54,840 nt of DNA, from assembly GCA_001189195.1 (NCBI GenBank), contig LFCQ01000006.1:1-54840 (forward strand). The letters run 5' to 3'. How positions within the stretch are numbered: the stretch's first letter is position 1; each line of letters starts with the position of its first letter. Both the position numbers and the translations under genes were made by a program. This stretch comes from Parcubacteria bacterium C7867-007. Its GTDB lineage: Bacteria > Patescibacteriota > Minisyncoccia > Phycocordibacterales > Phycocordibacteraceae. This document shows positions 37,675-47,762 of this stretch, piece by piece. Under the pieces are notes generated by a model. That model was not told the DNA's origin, did no database searches, and was given only the letters and a program-made list of their open reading frames with translations.

Positions 37675-38550
37675 TTAGTGAGGGTGCTCTGCCTTTGATG
37701 CAGGCTTGAGATAGGACTGGATGATCGCTGAGAATGGCATGGTTACGCTTCCATAATAGCGTACCGGGCCTGCGTTGCTTGGTGCTGAAAGTGCCTCATA
37801 GCTTTCTGGTGTGAGTGCAGTACCTGTTTCTTTTGCGTCTGACACCCAATTCTCAAAGTCTTCACTACTCATGGCGCGTGCCGCGAAGGTCATTTGTGCA
37901 AAGCCGTCACCACTGTAGTTTGCAGAACGTCCAGCAAATACCCCCGGCTCAGGGGAAATAAGATGTAGCTTGGTACTCATGCCAGTCATGGCGTACATTT
38001 GTCCGCCAAGTGACGGAATCCAGAATGAGTTCATAGGCGCATCCGCGGTGATACGGAATTCAATGGAGCGATCTGCCGGGAATGCCACTTCATTTACACT
38101 GGCAATTCCTTCCTCTGGATATATAAACAGCCACTTCCATGGCAGAGCCACCACCTCCACCACAACAGGAGGTTCGGAATGATTCAGTGCACGCATAGGA
38201 TCTAATTCATGAGTGCTGCTCCAGGTGAGGGCAGCAAGTACCAAAACAATTTCTAAAGGAACAGACCACCAAATTAACTCCTCCATCGCAGAGTTCTCCC
38301 AATTTGGCGTGTACTTTGCTTTTGTATTTTCTGCACGATAGTACCAACCAATGAAAATGATCAGTATGAATACCGGTATGACGACAATAAGCATTAGGAG
38401 GGTGGTACGTATCATCAGATCACGTTCCAACACAGCAATAGTCCCCGCTGGATCAAGCACAGGGAATGATCCACCACTTGCCAGTGCAGCAACAAGTACG
38501 ATGAATCCAATAACACTGAGAGCTATAAGTGCGAGGAGATAAGGCTTCAT
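37675..38550 (-). CDS. cyoA: Cytochrome o quinol oxidase subunit II (quinol type, no CuA ligands)
   Basis: 291 aa. [34 protein letters not shown] parallels E. coli CyoA [34 protein letters not shown]. The CuA Cys motif is absent. Confidence 0.9.
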   Translation of the reverse strand: MKPYLLALIALSVIGFIVLVAALASGGSFPVLDPAGTIAVLERDLMIRTTLLMLIVVIPVFILIIFIGWYYRAENTKAKYTPNWENSAMEELIWWSVPLEIVLVLAALTWSSTHELDPMRALNHSEPPVVVEVVALPWKWLFIYPEEGIASVNEVAFPADRSIEFRITADAPMNSFWIPSLGGQMYAMTGMSTKLHLISPEPGVFAGRSANYSGDGFAQMTFAARAMSSEDFENWVSDAKETGTALTPESYEALSAPSNAGPVRYYGSVTMPFSAIIQSYLKPASKAEHPH

Positions 38551-38596
38551 TGCAGGCTTTTATGAAGTATAGCAAATACCGCACCGTATTTGCTTC

Positions 38597-39439
38597 TTAT
38601 TTCGCTAGAGTATTGAGAAACGCACTAAATTGCTTTCCACTTTGAGTACTAGCTTCCATGATCTCTGCTTTCTTGTAGGTGAGGTCGTATGCGGTGCGCG
38701 TATCCTCTTTAGAATCATTCACTTTTTCAATAAACCCCTCCTTCATGAGATATAGGTCTGAATAACCCGTTAGATTCCAAGAGATGTCATAGGGAAGAGT
38801 GCCAGGCGCAAGATCGTTCACTATATGTGCTAGCGCATTAGTGCAGTTCTCCGTTAGGGTGTTATAGAATCTCGGTTTAGCTGCAACTTCATTTGTTTGC
38901 TCGATACTTCCACGAAACAGTGCCTCTGCGGTAGTAGAACTTATGGAGAGGGGGAAGCGACGAACAGGATGGTCTAGATAGATAAGACGACGTGAAATGA
39001 AGTCTCGTTCCGTACCCCATTGATTCGCAAGTTCGTAGTTGTTGAAGAGTCCGCGAATAGCCGAGTAGTCTTCTCCCTGTTCACGACGTGCCTCTATAGA
39101 GAAGGAGAGTGCTGTGCCGTCCTTAAATTCAAAAGTCAGGAACGTATGCCCAACCGCTTTCCAGTCTGAGAAGGGTTCTGTTATAAACCACACCTTGGTG
39201 ATGGAGTTTGGATCAACTTCAACCGTGCGCCAATCCTTTGAAACTATAGAGCTGCCTTCATAGGTCCAATCGCGAACGTTTGAGATAAGGATAGTGTCTC
39301 GTGATGTATTTGTGGCTACTACAGTACGAGAGAATTCCTCAGACCACGTACGATCAGTGCGAGGCTGCTGAAAGATAACGACCAGTAAGCTAGCAAAGAT
39401 AATGAATGCAACGAGTCCCGCAAGTACCTTTAGATACAT
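38597..39439 (-). CDS. DUF4105-like membrane-anchored protein
   Basis: 280 aa. N-terminal TM, then RTDRTWSEEF...ISNVRDWTY, which resembles DUF4105/Lnb N-terminal domain proteins. Confidence 0.55.
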   Translation of the reverse strand: MYLKVLAGLVAFIIFASLLVVIFQQPRTDRTWSEEFSRTVVATNTSRDTILISNVRDWTYEGSSIVSKDWRTVEVDPNSITKVWFITEPFSDWKAVGHTFLTFEFKDGTALSFSIEARREQGEDYSAIRGLFNNYELANQWGTERDFISRRLIYLDHPVRRFPLSISSTTAEALFRGSIEQTNEVAAKPRFYNTLTENCTNALAHIVNDLAPGTLPYDISWNLTGYSDLYLMKEGFIEKVNDSKEDTRTAYDLTYKKAEIMEASTQSGKQFSAFLNTLAK

Positions 39440-39457
39440 ATATAGGTATTGTACCTG

Positions 39458-41209
39458 CTACAGATTCTGCTTTTCCCAGAGCTCATAGAATCGACCTTTC
39501 TTTTTATGTAGCTGATCAAAGCTTCCGGACTCCAGGATCTTTCCACCCTCCATAACAATGATGCGATCCATTTCACGAATAGTGGTAAGACGATGTGCAA
39601 TAACTACTGCGGTAACACTCTGGAAAAACTCATGCAGCGAGGAGCGAATCTTTTCTTCAGACTCAATGTCTAGGTGTGATGTTGCTTCATCTAGGAGTAG
39701 AAGCTGAGGGTTCTTAAATACAGCACGCGCAATGCCAACACGCTGGCGCTCACCACCAGATAGACGAACACCTTTCTCGCCAATAGGTGTCTCTATGCCA
39801 AGAGGTAGGCGGCTCATAAAGTCTTTCACATGAGCAACACGGATTGCCTTCTCTAAGAGGTGTTGATTATCTCGTTCTGCACTATTGGCAAGAACTACGT
39901 TCTCTCGAAGACTTAAGTTAAATACTTCAGTATCTTGCAGCACTACTGCTGAGTAGTTGAAGTAGTCTTGTCGGGAGATATTAGAAAGCAGCACGTCATC
40001 AATACGGATAGAACCCTCGTACGACTCATACTCCTTAAGAAGTAATTTAAAGAGAGTGGATTTACCAGCACCAGAAAGTCCAACGATACCAATCTTCTCA
40101 CCGCGATTAATTTCAAAGGAAACATCCTTTAGTACTTGTGAATCACCGTATCCAAAGGATACGTTCTCAAAGGTAATTTTCTTCCAGTCACTTGGGAAGG
40201 GGAGCTTATTATCCGTACGATCGATATTCACTTCCTCGTGTAACACCTGGAATAAACGACCCACGCTCAATCGTGCCACTACGTAATCCTGTGCAATATC
40301 TGCAAGCTCACCTATAGATTGAATAAGGTTTCCAAAGTATCCGGCAAAGAGCACTAGGAATCCAACCTCGTACTCTCCCTTAATAATTCCCCAAACAATA
40401 AAGCCAAGGATGATGGTTTGGAAAAGATATGCAAAGAATCCGCGTGAATAACCGCTCGTTTGGAACCAGAAGATACGAGTGAGTACCTTCTTATATAGTT
40501 CATTAGATTCTCGATTCACGAGCTTCATGAGTGCAGGCGCCATGCCTAACACTTTTACAGTGCGTACGTTATTAAGTGATTCAAACAAGGTCCCTTGTAA
40601 CTGTTCGTCCTGAAGATTGGCCGCAACCGCTGCACGGGCACTTTGTTTTCGCATCGTATGCGCAAAGCCATAGTACAAACAGATGAATACTGCGGTAACA
40701 AAGGCAATACCAGTATCAAACTGCCAAAGCACTATTACGATACCAATGAGGTTAATCGCGATTGGCACGAAGTTGTTGATCCAAATGCGTAGCACGCGAT
40801 CCATGCTGTCACCACCACGAGAGATTCTCTTTAACTTATTTCCTGTGTTTTCTGCTTCATGCCAGCCTATGTCTAACTCAAACATGTGAGCGATACCTGC
40901 ACGTTGAGAATCAAGTGCAATTCTCTCACTTATGGAGAACATGATTGATTTTGCCCAGTACCCACCACCGAAGCGTAGAACACTCGCGCCTACGAATGTT
41001 GAGAACACTACCAGTACTGGTTCAATAGAAGTACCTGGCTGGTATGCCGTGAGGTAGTTCACAAGGAGGGACATACCGTATGCCGGATATAGCCACGCAA
41101 CATCGCCAATAATGCGAAGTAGAGTAGCGAAAAGAAATCGCCACTTGTAGTCCTTCAGGAAGGAGTACATGTCTTTTATGAGTTCAAAGGTGGAGTATTT
41201 CTGATCCAT
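39458..41209 (-). CDS. ABC transporter, fused permease/ATPase (exporter type)
   Basis: 583 aa. Six-TM domain, Walker A GLSGAGKST, signature LSGGERQR and Walker B LLLLDEATS. Confidence 0.92.
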   Translation of the reverse strand: MDQKYSTFELIKDMYSFLKDYKWRFLFATLLRIIGDVAWLYPAYGMSLLVNYLTAYQPGTSIEPVLVVFSTFVGASVLRFGGGYWAKSIMFSISERIALDSQRAGIAHMFELDIGWHEAENTGNKLKRISRGGDSMDRVLRIWINNFVPIAINLIGIVIVLWQFDTGIAFVTAVFICLYYGFAHTMRKQSARAAVAANLQDEQLQGTLFESLNNVRTVKVLGMAPALMKLVNRESNELYKKVLTRIFWFQTSGYSRGFFAYLFQTIILGFIVWGIIKGEYEVGFLVLFAGYFGNLIQSIGELADIAQDYVVARLSVGRLFQVLHEEVNIDRTDNKLPFPSDWKKITFENVSFGYGDSQVLKDVSFEINRGEKIGIVGLSGAGKSTLFKLLLKEYESYEGSIRIDDVLLSNISRQDYFNYSAVVLQDTEVFNLSLRENVVLANSAERDNQHLLEKAIRVAHVKDFMSRLPLGIETPIGEKGVRLSGGERQRVGIARAVFKNPQLLLLDEATSHLDIESEEKIRSSLHEFFQSVTAVVIAHRLTTIREMDRIIVMEGGKILESGSFDQLHKKKGRFYELWEKQNL

Positions 41210-41245
41210 TAGGAAACTTTAGCACGCCATATATACTTACTTTAT

Positions 41246-41632
41246 ATGGCTGAATACATTCCGGGCGTTTGTAACATTGGGGAAGAGGAGATCAGGGGTC
41301 GCGTAGTGTCTGGTTGGTTTGGGCTCGTCCTTACTATTATCGTTGCTGCACTTCTAATCTATCTTCAGGCGTCAAAGTGGATGTATTTTATATTGTTCTT
41401 CCCAGCATTTATTGGTGCACTCGGTTTCCTCCAAGCGGCGTTTCACTTCTGCGTTGCATTCGGTACGCAAGGCCTATTTAATGTTTCCCAAGAGGGAGGA
41501 CGAGTGGAATCAGTTTCTCAAGCGGAGTTTCGTATTAAAGATCAAAAGAAGGCTGTTTTGATTTTGGTCTATTCGGTAGTGGTTGGATTTGCGGTTACAA
41601 GTTGTGCCGCACTATTCACCCTGTTTGTTTAA
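41246..41632 (+). CDS. Small hypothetical membrane protein
   Basis: 128 aa with three TM helices. TATACT lies 8 nt before the ATG. Confidence 0.5.
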   Translation: MAEYIPGVCNIGEEEIRGRVVSGWFGLVLTIIVAALLIYLQASKWMYFILFFPAFIGALGFLQAAFHFCVAFGTQGLFNVSQEGGRVESVSQAEFRIKDQKKAVLILVYSVVVGFAVTSCAALFTLFV

Positions 41633-41633
41633 T

Positions 41634-41658
41634 GGTTCGAGTCCCAGACAGCCAGCCA
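41634..41658 (+). other. tRNA 3'-end remnant (GG-TTCGAGT-CCCAG-ACAGCCA-G-CCA)
   Basis: Parses as T-loop, T-stem 3' half, 7-nt acceptor strand, discriminator and CCA. No 5' half upstream. Marks the left edge of the AT-rich segment. Confidence 0.55.
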
Positions 41659-41735
41659 ACAACAGCTAGCACGAGTCCGTCGCCCTTCTCGGGCGCACGA
41701 GACCGTTCAGAATAATCGAATTAAGATCCACAAAG

Positions 41736-41780
41736 ATTGTCTTTTTGAATTGTTCTATAACACAATCTTCATGATACAAT
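41736..41780 (+). promoter_or_regulatory. Nested dyad (ATTGT..ATTGT..ACAAT..ACAAT) overlapping the TACAAT -10 of the controller gene
   Basis: ATTGT at 41736 and 41749 mirrors ACAAT at 41762 and 41776 around a common centre near 41758. The outer ACAAT lies within TACAAT at 41775-41780. Confidence 0.4.
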
Positions 41781-41795
41781 GTGACTGTCTCGCAT

Positions 41796-42002
41796 ATGAA
41801 TAATTCCGCGAAAAAATTAGGTGAGAATATTCGCAGGATCAGAGAAGAAAAGCAGATGATGCAAATCGATCTTTGTCGAAAGCTTAATGTCGACGGTGCA
41901 TATATAAGCAATATAGAAAATGGAAAGAGTAATCCAACGCTCTCAACCATTGAACGTATCGCAAGGGCGCTTGATGTATCTGTGGAGGATTTGATGAAAT
42001 AG
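41796..42002 (+). CDS. XRE-family HTH protein (R-M controller-like)
   Basis: 68 aa. LGENIRRIREEKQMMQIDLCRKLNVDGAYISNIENGKSNPTLSTIERIARALDV. Directly upstream of mod and res. Confidence 0.85.
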   Translation: MNNSAKKLGENIRRIREEKQMMQIDLCRKLNVDGAYISNIENGKSNPTLSTIERIARALDVSVEDLMK

Positions 42003-42006
42003 TTTT

Positions 42007-43701
42007 ATGAAGAAAGATTATTCACAACTTAGTAAAGAGGAACTGGTAAAGCTTGTTGAAAAGCTTGAATCTCGTAAAAAATACGGGTTGATTTGGGATG
42101 AAGAAAAAGTCCAGGAAGAGTTTGAAAAAGAGGCACAGAACGCCCTACCTATCCTCAAGGAAATAAAGTCAAAAGAAATAACCGATCGTAAGCCTGCTCC
42201 TAACCACATCCTCATCGAGGGTGATAACTATCACGCTCTTTCTGTTTTGAACTTTACCCATCAGGGAAAGATTGACCTCATTTACATAGATCCTCCATAC
42301 AACACAGGTAATAAGAGCTGGAAATACAACAACGATTACGTAGAGAAAGAGGACTCATATAGGCACAGCAAGTGGATCTCTTTCATGAGCAAGCGTCTAC
42401 GGCTTGCAAAAAATCTCCTCAAAGAAGGCGGAACGTTGATGTGTGCAATCGACGAGAACGAGCAGGCGCAGCTAGGTATGCTGCTCGAAGAGATATTTCC
42501 GTATCCGACGCACGAAGTGCACTGTATTGTCATCATCCACAATCCTGGTGGCGTGCAAGGAAAGAACTTCTCCTATTCACACGAGTATGTGTATTTTGTT
42601 ATTCCAGGAGGGAAGACGGCAATTGGCTTGCAGAATAGAGACGAAAATCCAGACGTTCGTCCTCTAAGAGATGTTTCGACAGGGAACCATTTGCGAGTTG
42701 ATGCAAAAAATTGCTTCTATCCTATCTATGTTAAAGATGGAGAAATTATTGGATTTGGAGACGTTTGCCCAGACTCTTTCCATCCAAAATCTGCAAACAT
42801 ACAGAGAAAGGATGGTGTTCTTGAGATCTATCCAATCGACACACAGGGTAATGAGCGTAAATGGGTATTTGCTCGACAGACTGTTGAGTCTATTCACGGT
42901 GAGCTTTCTATAGAGTATAACCGACAGAGAAAAATCTGGGATGTGATCAGAAAGAAGACTCGTTTTACCTATAAAACTGTTTGGGATGATAAGCGTTTCA
43001 ACGCAAATATTTTTGGTACTAAATTGCTGAGTCAAATCATCGATATCAAATTCCCGTTTCCTAAATCAATGTACGCAGTCAAAGAGTGTATACAGGCTGT
43101 TATTCATTCAAAGGATGCAATTGTCCTCGATTTCTTTGCAGGATCTGGTACTACAGCACACGCTGTTCTTGATTTAAATAGTGAAGATGGCGGACAGAGA
43201 AGTTTTATTCTAACGACGAATAATGAGAGTAATATCTGCGAAGAGGTAACCTATCCTCGGGTTAAGAATATTATTAAGGGCTACACAAACCGTATTTCAG
43301 GGAAGCCTGTAGACGGCTACGGTGGTAACTTAAAATACTTCAAGACAAAGTTTGTAAAAATGTCAGCCGCTAAGGATGAATTAAATATTCGCCTTGCAAA
43401 CGAGTGTACTGAAATGCTTTGTTTGAGAGAGGGAGTGTTTGAAGAAGCAAAGAGTACTTCTGACTATAAGATTTTCAAACAAGGAGATAGAATTCTTGCC
43501 GCTTACTATTCATTAGATCGAGATGCACTAAAAGATCTCAAGAAGGATCTTGATAAGATTGAAGGTGAAAAAATCCTTTATTGCTTCACCCTCGATCCTC
43601 TGGGACTAAGTAAGAGTGATTTTATTGGCTGGAGCAAAGTGAGACTTGAACCGATTCCGCAAAAGATCCTAGATGTGTATAAACAAATTTATGAGTATTA
43701 A
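42007..43701 (+). CDS. mod: Type III restriction-modification DNA methyltransferase (Mod; beta-class N6A/N4C)
   Basis: 564 aa. Motif IV IYIDPPYNTGN at the N-terminus, motif I DFFAGSGTTAHAV at the C-terminus, and a variable region between them. Confidence 0.88.
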   Translation: MKKDYSQLSKEELVKLVEKLESRKKYGLIWDEEKVQEEFEKEAQNALPILKEIKSKEITDRKPAPNHILIEGDNYHALSVLNFTHQGKIDLIYIDPPYNTGNKSWKYNNDYVEKEDSYRHSKWISFMSKRLRLAKNLLKEGGTLMCAIDENEQAQLGMLLEEIFPYPTHEVHCIVIIHNPGGVQGKNFSYSHEYVYFVIPGGKTAIGLQNRDENPDVRPLRDVSTGNHLRVDAKNCFYPIYVKDGEIIGFGDVCPDSFHPKSANIQRKDGVLEIYPIDTQGNERKWVFARQTVESIHGELSIEYNRQRKIWDVIRKKTRFTYKTVWDDKRFNANIFGTKLLSQIIDIKFPFPKSMYAVKECIQAVIHSKDAIVLDFFAGSGTTAHAVLDLNSEDGGQRSFILTTNNESNICEEVTYPRVKNIIKGYTNRISGKPVDGYGGNLKYFKTKFVKMSAAKDELNIRLANECTEMLCLREGVFEEAKSTSDYKIFKQGDRILAAYYSLDRDALKDLKKDLDKIEGEKILYCFTLDPLGLSKSDFIGWSKVRLEPIPQKILDVYKQIYEY

Positions 43702-46015
43702 TCTTAAGCAATACCAAGAAGATGCAGTAAACCGCTTAATTGAGACGGCGGTCAAACTATTGGACTACGATGGTCCCGGTGAGGTCTGCGTATTCCAATC
43801 TCCTACAGGTAGTGGGAAGACGGCGATGGTTGCTAAATTTATCGAGGGATTAATCAAGGAACTTCCTGACGAGGATCTATGTTTCGTCTGGATTACCCTC
43901 GGAAAGGGGGATCTCCATCTCCAAAGTAGACATAGTCTCAATAAGATTTTTGGAGGAGCTCCGAGAGTTTCTCTTGTTGAAGAAGAATTTACTGGTGGGC
44001 GCGAACGTATCGTTCAAAACGAGGTTGTTGTCGCTAACTGGGAGAAGCTTCGCAACAAGGATCGTTCAGGTGATTGGAAGAATCTTTTGATGAAAGATGG
44101 TGAGAAACTTAATTTCAGGGATGTACTCGAAGAGACGAAGGAGCAGCGGAAAATAATTCTCATAATTGATGAAAGCCATGTAAACGCAGATACAGCGCGT
44201 GCTAATGAGCTCCGTGAACTTATTGGGGCAGATATTGTGCTCGAAATGAGTGCAACTCCGCGTCGTCCTCAACAGGAAATTGGGTTTGCGCGCGACTTGG
44301 CTACTGGTGGTGCTGGATACATTGTTGTTGATCCAAAGGACGTGATCGAAGAAGGAATGATTAAAAAAGAATTAATCATCAACGAAGAAATTGAAAAGAT
44401 AGCTACATCTGAAAGCGATTCGCAGCAGGTGGTGCTTGAAGCGGCATACAATAAGCGCCTAGAACTTAAAAAAGCCTTTGAGAAGGAGGGGGCACCAATA
44501 AATCCCCTAGTCCTAGTACAAATTCCCACCGCCGAAGCGGGAGAAGTAAAGATTGAAGCAGTCAAAAAATTTTTGTCCGAAAAGGGTATTACAGAGAAGA
44601 ACGGCAAGCTTGCTATTTGGCTCGCAGAACAAAAGTCAGACACGATTGATTGGATAGCCGAACCTGATAACGAGATCGAATTCCTTATTTTCAAACAAGC
44701 AATCGATACTGGCTGGGACTGCCCGCGAGCACATATCCTCGTTAAGTTCCGTGAGACCACAAGTGTGGTGTTTGAGATCCAAACTGTTGGGCGTATTTTA
44801 CGCATGCCCGAACAAAAACACTACGCAACTGAGATCCTCAATAAGGGGTACATCTACACCAACCTTAAGTCTATTGAGGTAAAGAAGGAAGAATACAACC
44901 CCAACATAATCAAGCACCTGAAGGCAGAACGAATTGAGGCATACAAGCCGATCAAGCTTAAGTCATACTACAAATCTCGTGTTGATTACGGGGACGTAAC
45001 TTCGAGTTTTGCCAAGGTATTTGCTGATGTGGCAAACCAAGAATTCACCATCAAAGGCACTAAGGTTGCTGATAACCGGAAGTCGGCTACTGCCCGCGGT
45101 ATTGATCTTGATATCAAGAAGTATCAACAGGAACTAATCGCCGATACTGCAATTGATGCCAAGGATCTTGATGACTTGAGCAAGATCAGCCCTGATGCGA
45201 TGGCTAAACTGAGTGTGGCCGCAGACGAACTCCAGGTATTTTTCGAACAATTTATTAAATCAAACCTTGGATCGTTTAGAAACGTAAAGCGTTCAATTCC
45301 AAGCGTGAAGTCTGCTATTTACCAATGGTTCAGGAAGTACCTAGGTTCTGAGGAGTGGGCAGAAGAGATCTTGCTCATCCAACGAGTGTTTTTGCATGCA
45401 AAGAATCAGGTGCTATTTAAGCGAGTTCTTGAACGGGCTATCGAGCAATACCGTATTGTGAAGGAGGCTGAGGTACGAGAGAGGGTGGAAGAGAGTGAGC
45501 AGTGGACTGACTTCGAGCTTCCTGTCGAGCAGTTCTATAACGAGCACGCTGATGAGAAAATGAAAGCGCGCAACTATGCTTACGAGCCTTGTTATCTTAA
45601 TCGTGACCGATCAAAGCCCGAAGAAGATTTTGAGGATTTCTTGAACTCAAACAGTTCAGAGGTTTTGTGGTGGTGGAAGAATGGAGAGAATAAACTCGAG
45701 TATTTTGGCATCAAATACGAGTATGAAGGACAGATTTTTACGTTCTACCCTGACTACCTTGTTCAATTCAAGGACGGCCGCCTTGGTATTTTTGAGACAA
45801 AAGATTCAGGTGATCGTGACGGCAGAACATATACCAAAGCAAAAGCGGAGGCGCTTCAGAAATACATTCTGGATTCGAAGAACAAGAAAGTGTTTGGAGG
45901 TATTGCGATCAAGAAAGGTTCTGATTGGTATCTGAATCAAGACCCTCAGTACGAGTGGTCTGATGTTGAGAGAGGGAACTGGGATAACTGGACTCTCCTG
46001 GAGAAGATAATTTAA
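43691..46015 (+). CDS. res: Type III restriction enzyme Res subunit (SF2 helicase + PD-ExK nuclease)
   Basis: SPTGSGKT, DESH, SATP and QTVGRILR helicase motifs. C-terminal YPDYLVQF...GIFETK nuclease motif. Overlaps the mod 3' end. Confidence 0.85.
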   Translation: MSINLKQYQEDAVNRLIETAVKLLDYDGPGEVCVFQSPTGSGKTAMVAKFIEGLIKELPDEDLCFVWITLGKGDLHLQSRHSLNKIFGGAPRVSLVEEEFTGGRERIVQNEVVVANWEKLRNKDRSGDWKNLLMKDGEKLNFRDVLEETKEQRKIILIIDESHVNADTARANELRELIGADIVLEMSATPRRPQQEIGFARDLATGGAGYIVVDPKDVIEEGMIKKELIINEEIEKIATSESDSQQVVLEAAYNKRLELKKAFEKEGAPINPLVLVQIPTAEAGEVKIEAVKKFLSEKGITEKNGKLAIWLAEQKSDTIDWIAEPDNEIEFLIFKQAIDTGWDCPRAHILVKFRETTSVVFEIQTVGRILRMPEQKHYATEILNKGYIYTNLKSIEVKKEEYNPNIIKHLKAERIEAYKPIKLKSYYKSRVDYGDVTSSFAKVFADVANQEFTIKGTKVADNRKSATARGIDLDIKKYQQELIADTAIDAKDLDDLSKISPDAMAKLSVAADELQVFFEQFIKSNLGSFRNVKRSIPSVKSAIYQWFRKYLGSEEWAEEILLIQRVFLHAKNQVLFKRVLERAIEQYRIVKEAEVRERVEESEQWTDFELPVEQFYNEHADEKMKARNYAYEPCYLNRDRSKPEEDFEDFLNSNSSEVLWWWKNGENKLEYFGIKYEYEGQIFTFYPDYLVQFKDGRLGIFETKDSGDRDGRTYTKAKAEALQKYILDSKNKKVFGGIAIKKGSDWYLNQDPQYEWSDVERGNWDNWTLLEKII

Positions 46016-46019
46016 TCTT

Positions 46020-46550
46020 CTTTTTACACAACTCAATTTTCCCGGTAAGGCATCCTAAAAGTTCTCGCTTCTCAAGCTCGGTGCCTTCTTGAAGGAGAAA
46101 TTTCGCATAGTTTCGTATATCGATCTGCTCTACGTTCACCTCTGTACTGCTGCCTATTAGCATTTGCTGAAATTTCTTGAAACGCTCAACCTCAGATCAA
46201 ATTTTTGATCTTGTGCCGATTTCATCAATTGAGATATCGTCAAACATCTGAGTTAGCTGACTGATTAGGCTGGTCTCGTTTATGTAGCCGCACTCGCAAT
46301 TGCGGTCTCGAACCTTTGTGCATCCGTAGTATATATGGGTGTTTGTTTGTCCGTTCTTTAACTTTTTGTACTTTTCGTCAGCTGTAATTCCTGATCCGCA
46401 CAAACCGCAGATCATCAAGCGCGCAAACGCAAAGTCTTTCTTCTCGCCTCTATGAGTATCACGCTGAGAATCCATTTTCTCCTGAACCCGTTTGAATAGC
46501 TCTGTAGAAATAATTGCTTCGTGCCTTCCAGCGGTACCATTTGCCCGCAA
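46020..46550 (-). pseudogene. Large serine recombinase remnant (C-terminal recombinase/zinc-ribbon/coiled-coil part only)
   Basis: GRHEAIISTELFKRVQ...CGLCGSGITADEKY...YYGCTKVRDRNCECGYI (zinc ribbon). Interrupted by a stop at 46197 and continues in another frame (46163 downward). The N-terminal resolvase catalytic domain is absent. Confidence 0.7.
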
Positions 46551-46560
46551 ATAAAGTAGA

Positions 46561-46594
46561 AAGTCACCAGCAGAATGTTATCTGTTGGTGACTT
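46561..46594 (-). terminator. Terminator of the minus-strand three-gene operon
   Basis: A 13-bp stem AAGTCACCAGCAG / CTGTTGGTGACTT (one G-T pair), followed on the minus strand by TTCTACTTTATTT. Confidence 0.7.
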
Positions 46595-46615
46595 GGTGTG
46601 CTTTCGTAATTGATT

Positions 46616-47332
46616 CTATCTTGGATCCGAAGCTATGAGTGCTCCGTAATCACGGCTCTCAATATCTGGCATATATTTGTTAACAACTCTCAATAAACCA
46701 ATTGGACTTCCTTTAGAATGGAATTTAAATACCGGATCAGGCTTTAAGATGTTTGGTAGTTTCAGAGAGGGTTGTTTTGGGCAGTCTTCCCAAACTCTCA
46801 ATGAAAGAAGTTTTGAATTCTCATGCGCATACCACAGAGCAATCTGGTCCTGTGAATAAGGAAGACCTCCATACATGCTTTCAAGCATAGTTAGGTACTC
46901 ATTCAGGCCATTTAGACGCGTAAAGCCAATGCATAATTTAATATTATTCACTGCCCAGATCTGCTGAGCATGAATACTCATAGCCATACCTAGTCCTGGA
47001 ACCGTAGATACTGTTGATACGCCAAAGAAAGTTTTAGCATTATCGCTATGACGACGTCGGCCATGTACCGAGTCACTGGCAATCCGTTCACTCGCTATGA
47101 AGTCTTCCGTATCTTTAGAGGAAAAATTTATAAAACGTCCAAAGTAGTATCCAGAAACTTGGCCTTTATATTCTCCGACTAGAAACAATGGTGACTGTTC
47201 TTCGTACCAGATTGCTAATTCAGAGCGTGAAAGTATAACCGCACCCTGAGATTTCCAAACCTCTGCTTCAATCTGTGCAAGGCGTTCAAGATCATTTGAG
47301 GTTACTGGACGAATATGGATTGGCGAATTCAT
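46616..47332 (-). CDS. GNAT-like acyltransferase (divergent)
   Basis: 238 aa. N-terminus IHIRPVTSNDLERLAQIE and a possible motif-A-like VPGLGMAMSI. Assignment from pattern only. Confidence 0.45.
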   Translation of the reverse strand: MNSPIHIRPVTSNDLERLAQIEAEVWKSQGAVILSRSELAIWYEEQSPLFLVGEYKGQVSGYYFGRFINFSSKDTEDFIASERIASDSVHGRRRHSDNAKTFFGVSTVSTVPGLGMAMSIHAQQIWAVNNIKLCIGFTRLNGLNEYLTMLESMYGGLPYSQDQIALWYAHENSKLLSLRVWEDCPKQPSLKLPNILKPDPVFKFHSKGSPIGLLRVVNKYMPDIESRDYGALIASDPR

Positions 47333-47358
47333 TTACGTGCACCCTAAGTTGATTAAGA

Positions 47359-47760
47359 TCATTCTGACCTAAACCTTGCTGGTGAGGTCAATCTATTAAA
47401 GTTTCTACCACGAACAAGTGTTTGTGTCTCGAAGAATTCAACTTGGAATGCTTTTTGTAAAAGAGAAGCCGCGAGCTCTGTATTAAAATCTTTGCAAGAA
47501 TATATATCAATCGTCACAAAACCCCTCTCGCTGTATGTATGTATGCTAATGTGAGACTCCATAATAAAAGTAAAGCCAGATATTCCTGCTATACCTGGTT
47601 CGTCTACAGAGACAATATGAGGCTTGCCTAGTGCGCGCATTCCTATCGCAGGAGGTAAATCTTGAAGCAGTTTGTATAAAAAGTCTTTATTGTAAGTTAT
47701 TTCCGTTGGGGAACCATAGCCATCAAAAGTGAGTAAAAGTCCGTATGGAATTTCAGACAT
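47359..47760 (-). CDS. Pyruvoyl-dependent S-adenosylmethionine decarboxylase-like proenzyme (SpeH class)
   Basis: GISGFTFIMESHISIHTYSERGFVTIDIYSCKDF parallels B. subtilis SpeD [33 protein letters not shown], including the self-cleavage ES site. Start placed at the ATG just after the upstream stop. Confidence 0.75.
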   Translation of the reverse strand: MSEIPYGLLLTFDGYGSPTEITYNKDFLYKLLQDLPPAIGMRALGKPHIVSVDEPGIAGISGFTFIMESHISIHTYSERGFVTIDIYSCKDFNTELAASLLQKAFQVEFFETQTLVRGRNFNRLTSPARFRSE

Positions 47761-47762
47761 AT

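Noticed and set aside
41666-41950. 94-aa minus-strand ORF opposite the XRE controller gene.
   Set aside because: The plus-strand product has an unmistakable HTH_XRE sequence. The minus ORF has no features and would span the controller promoter.
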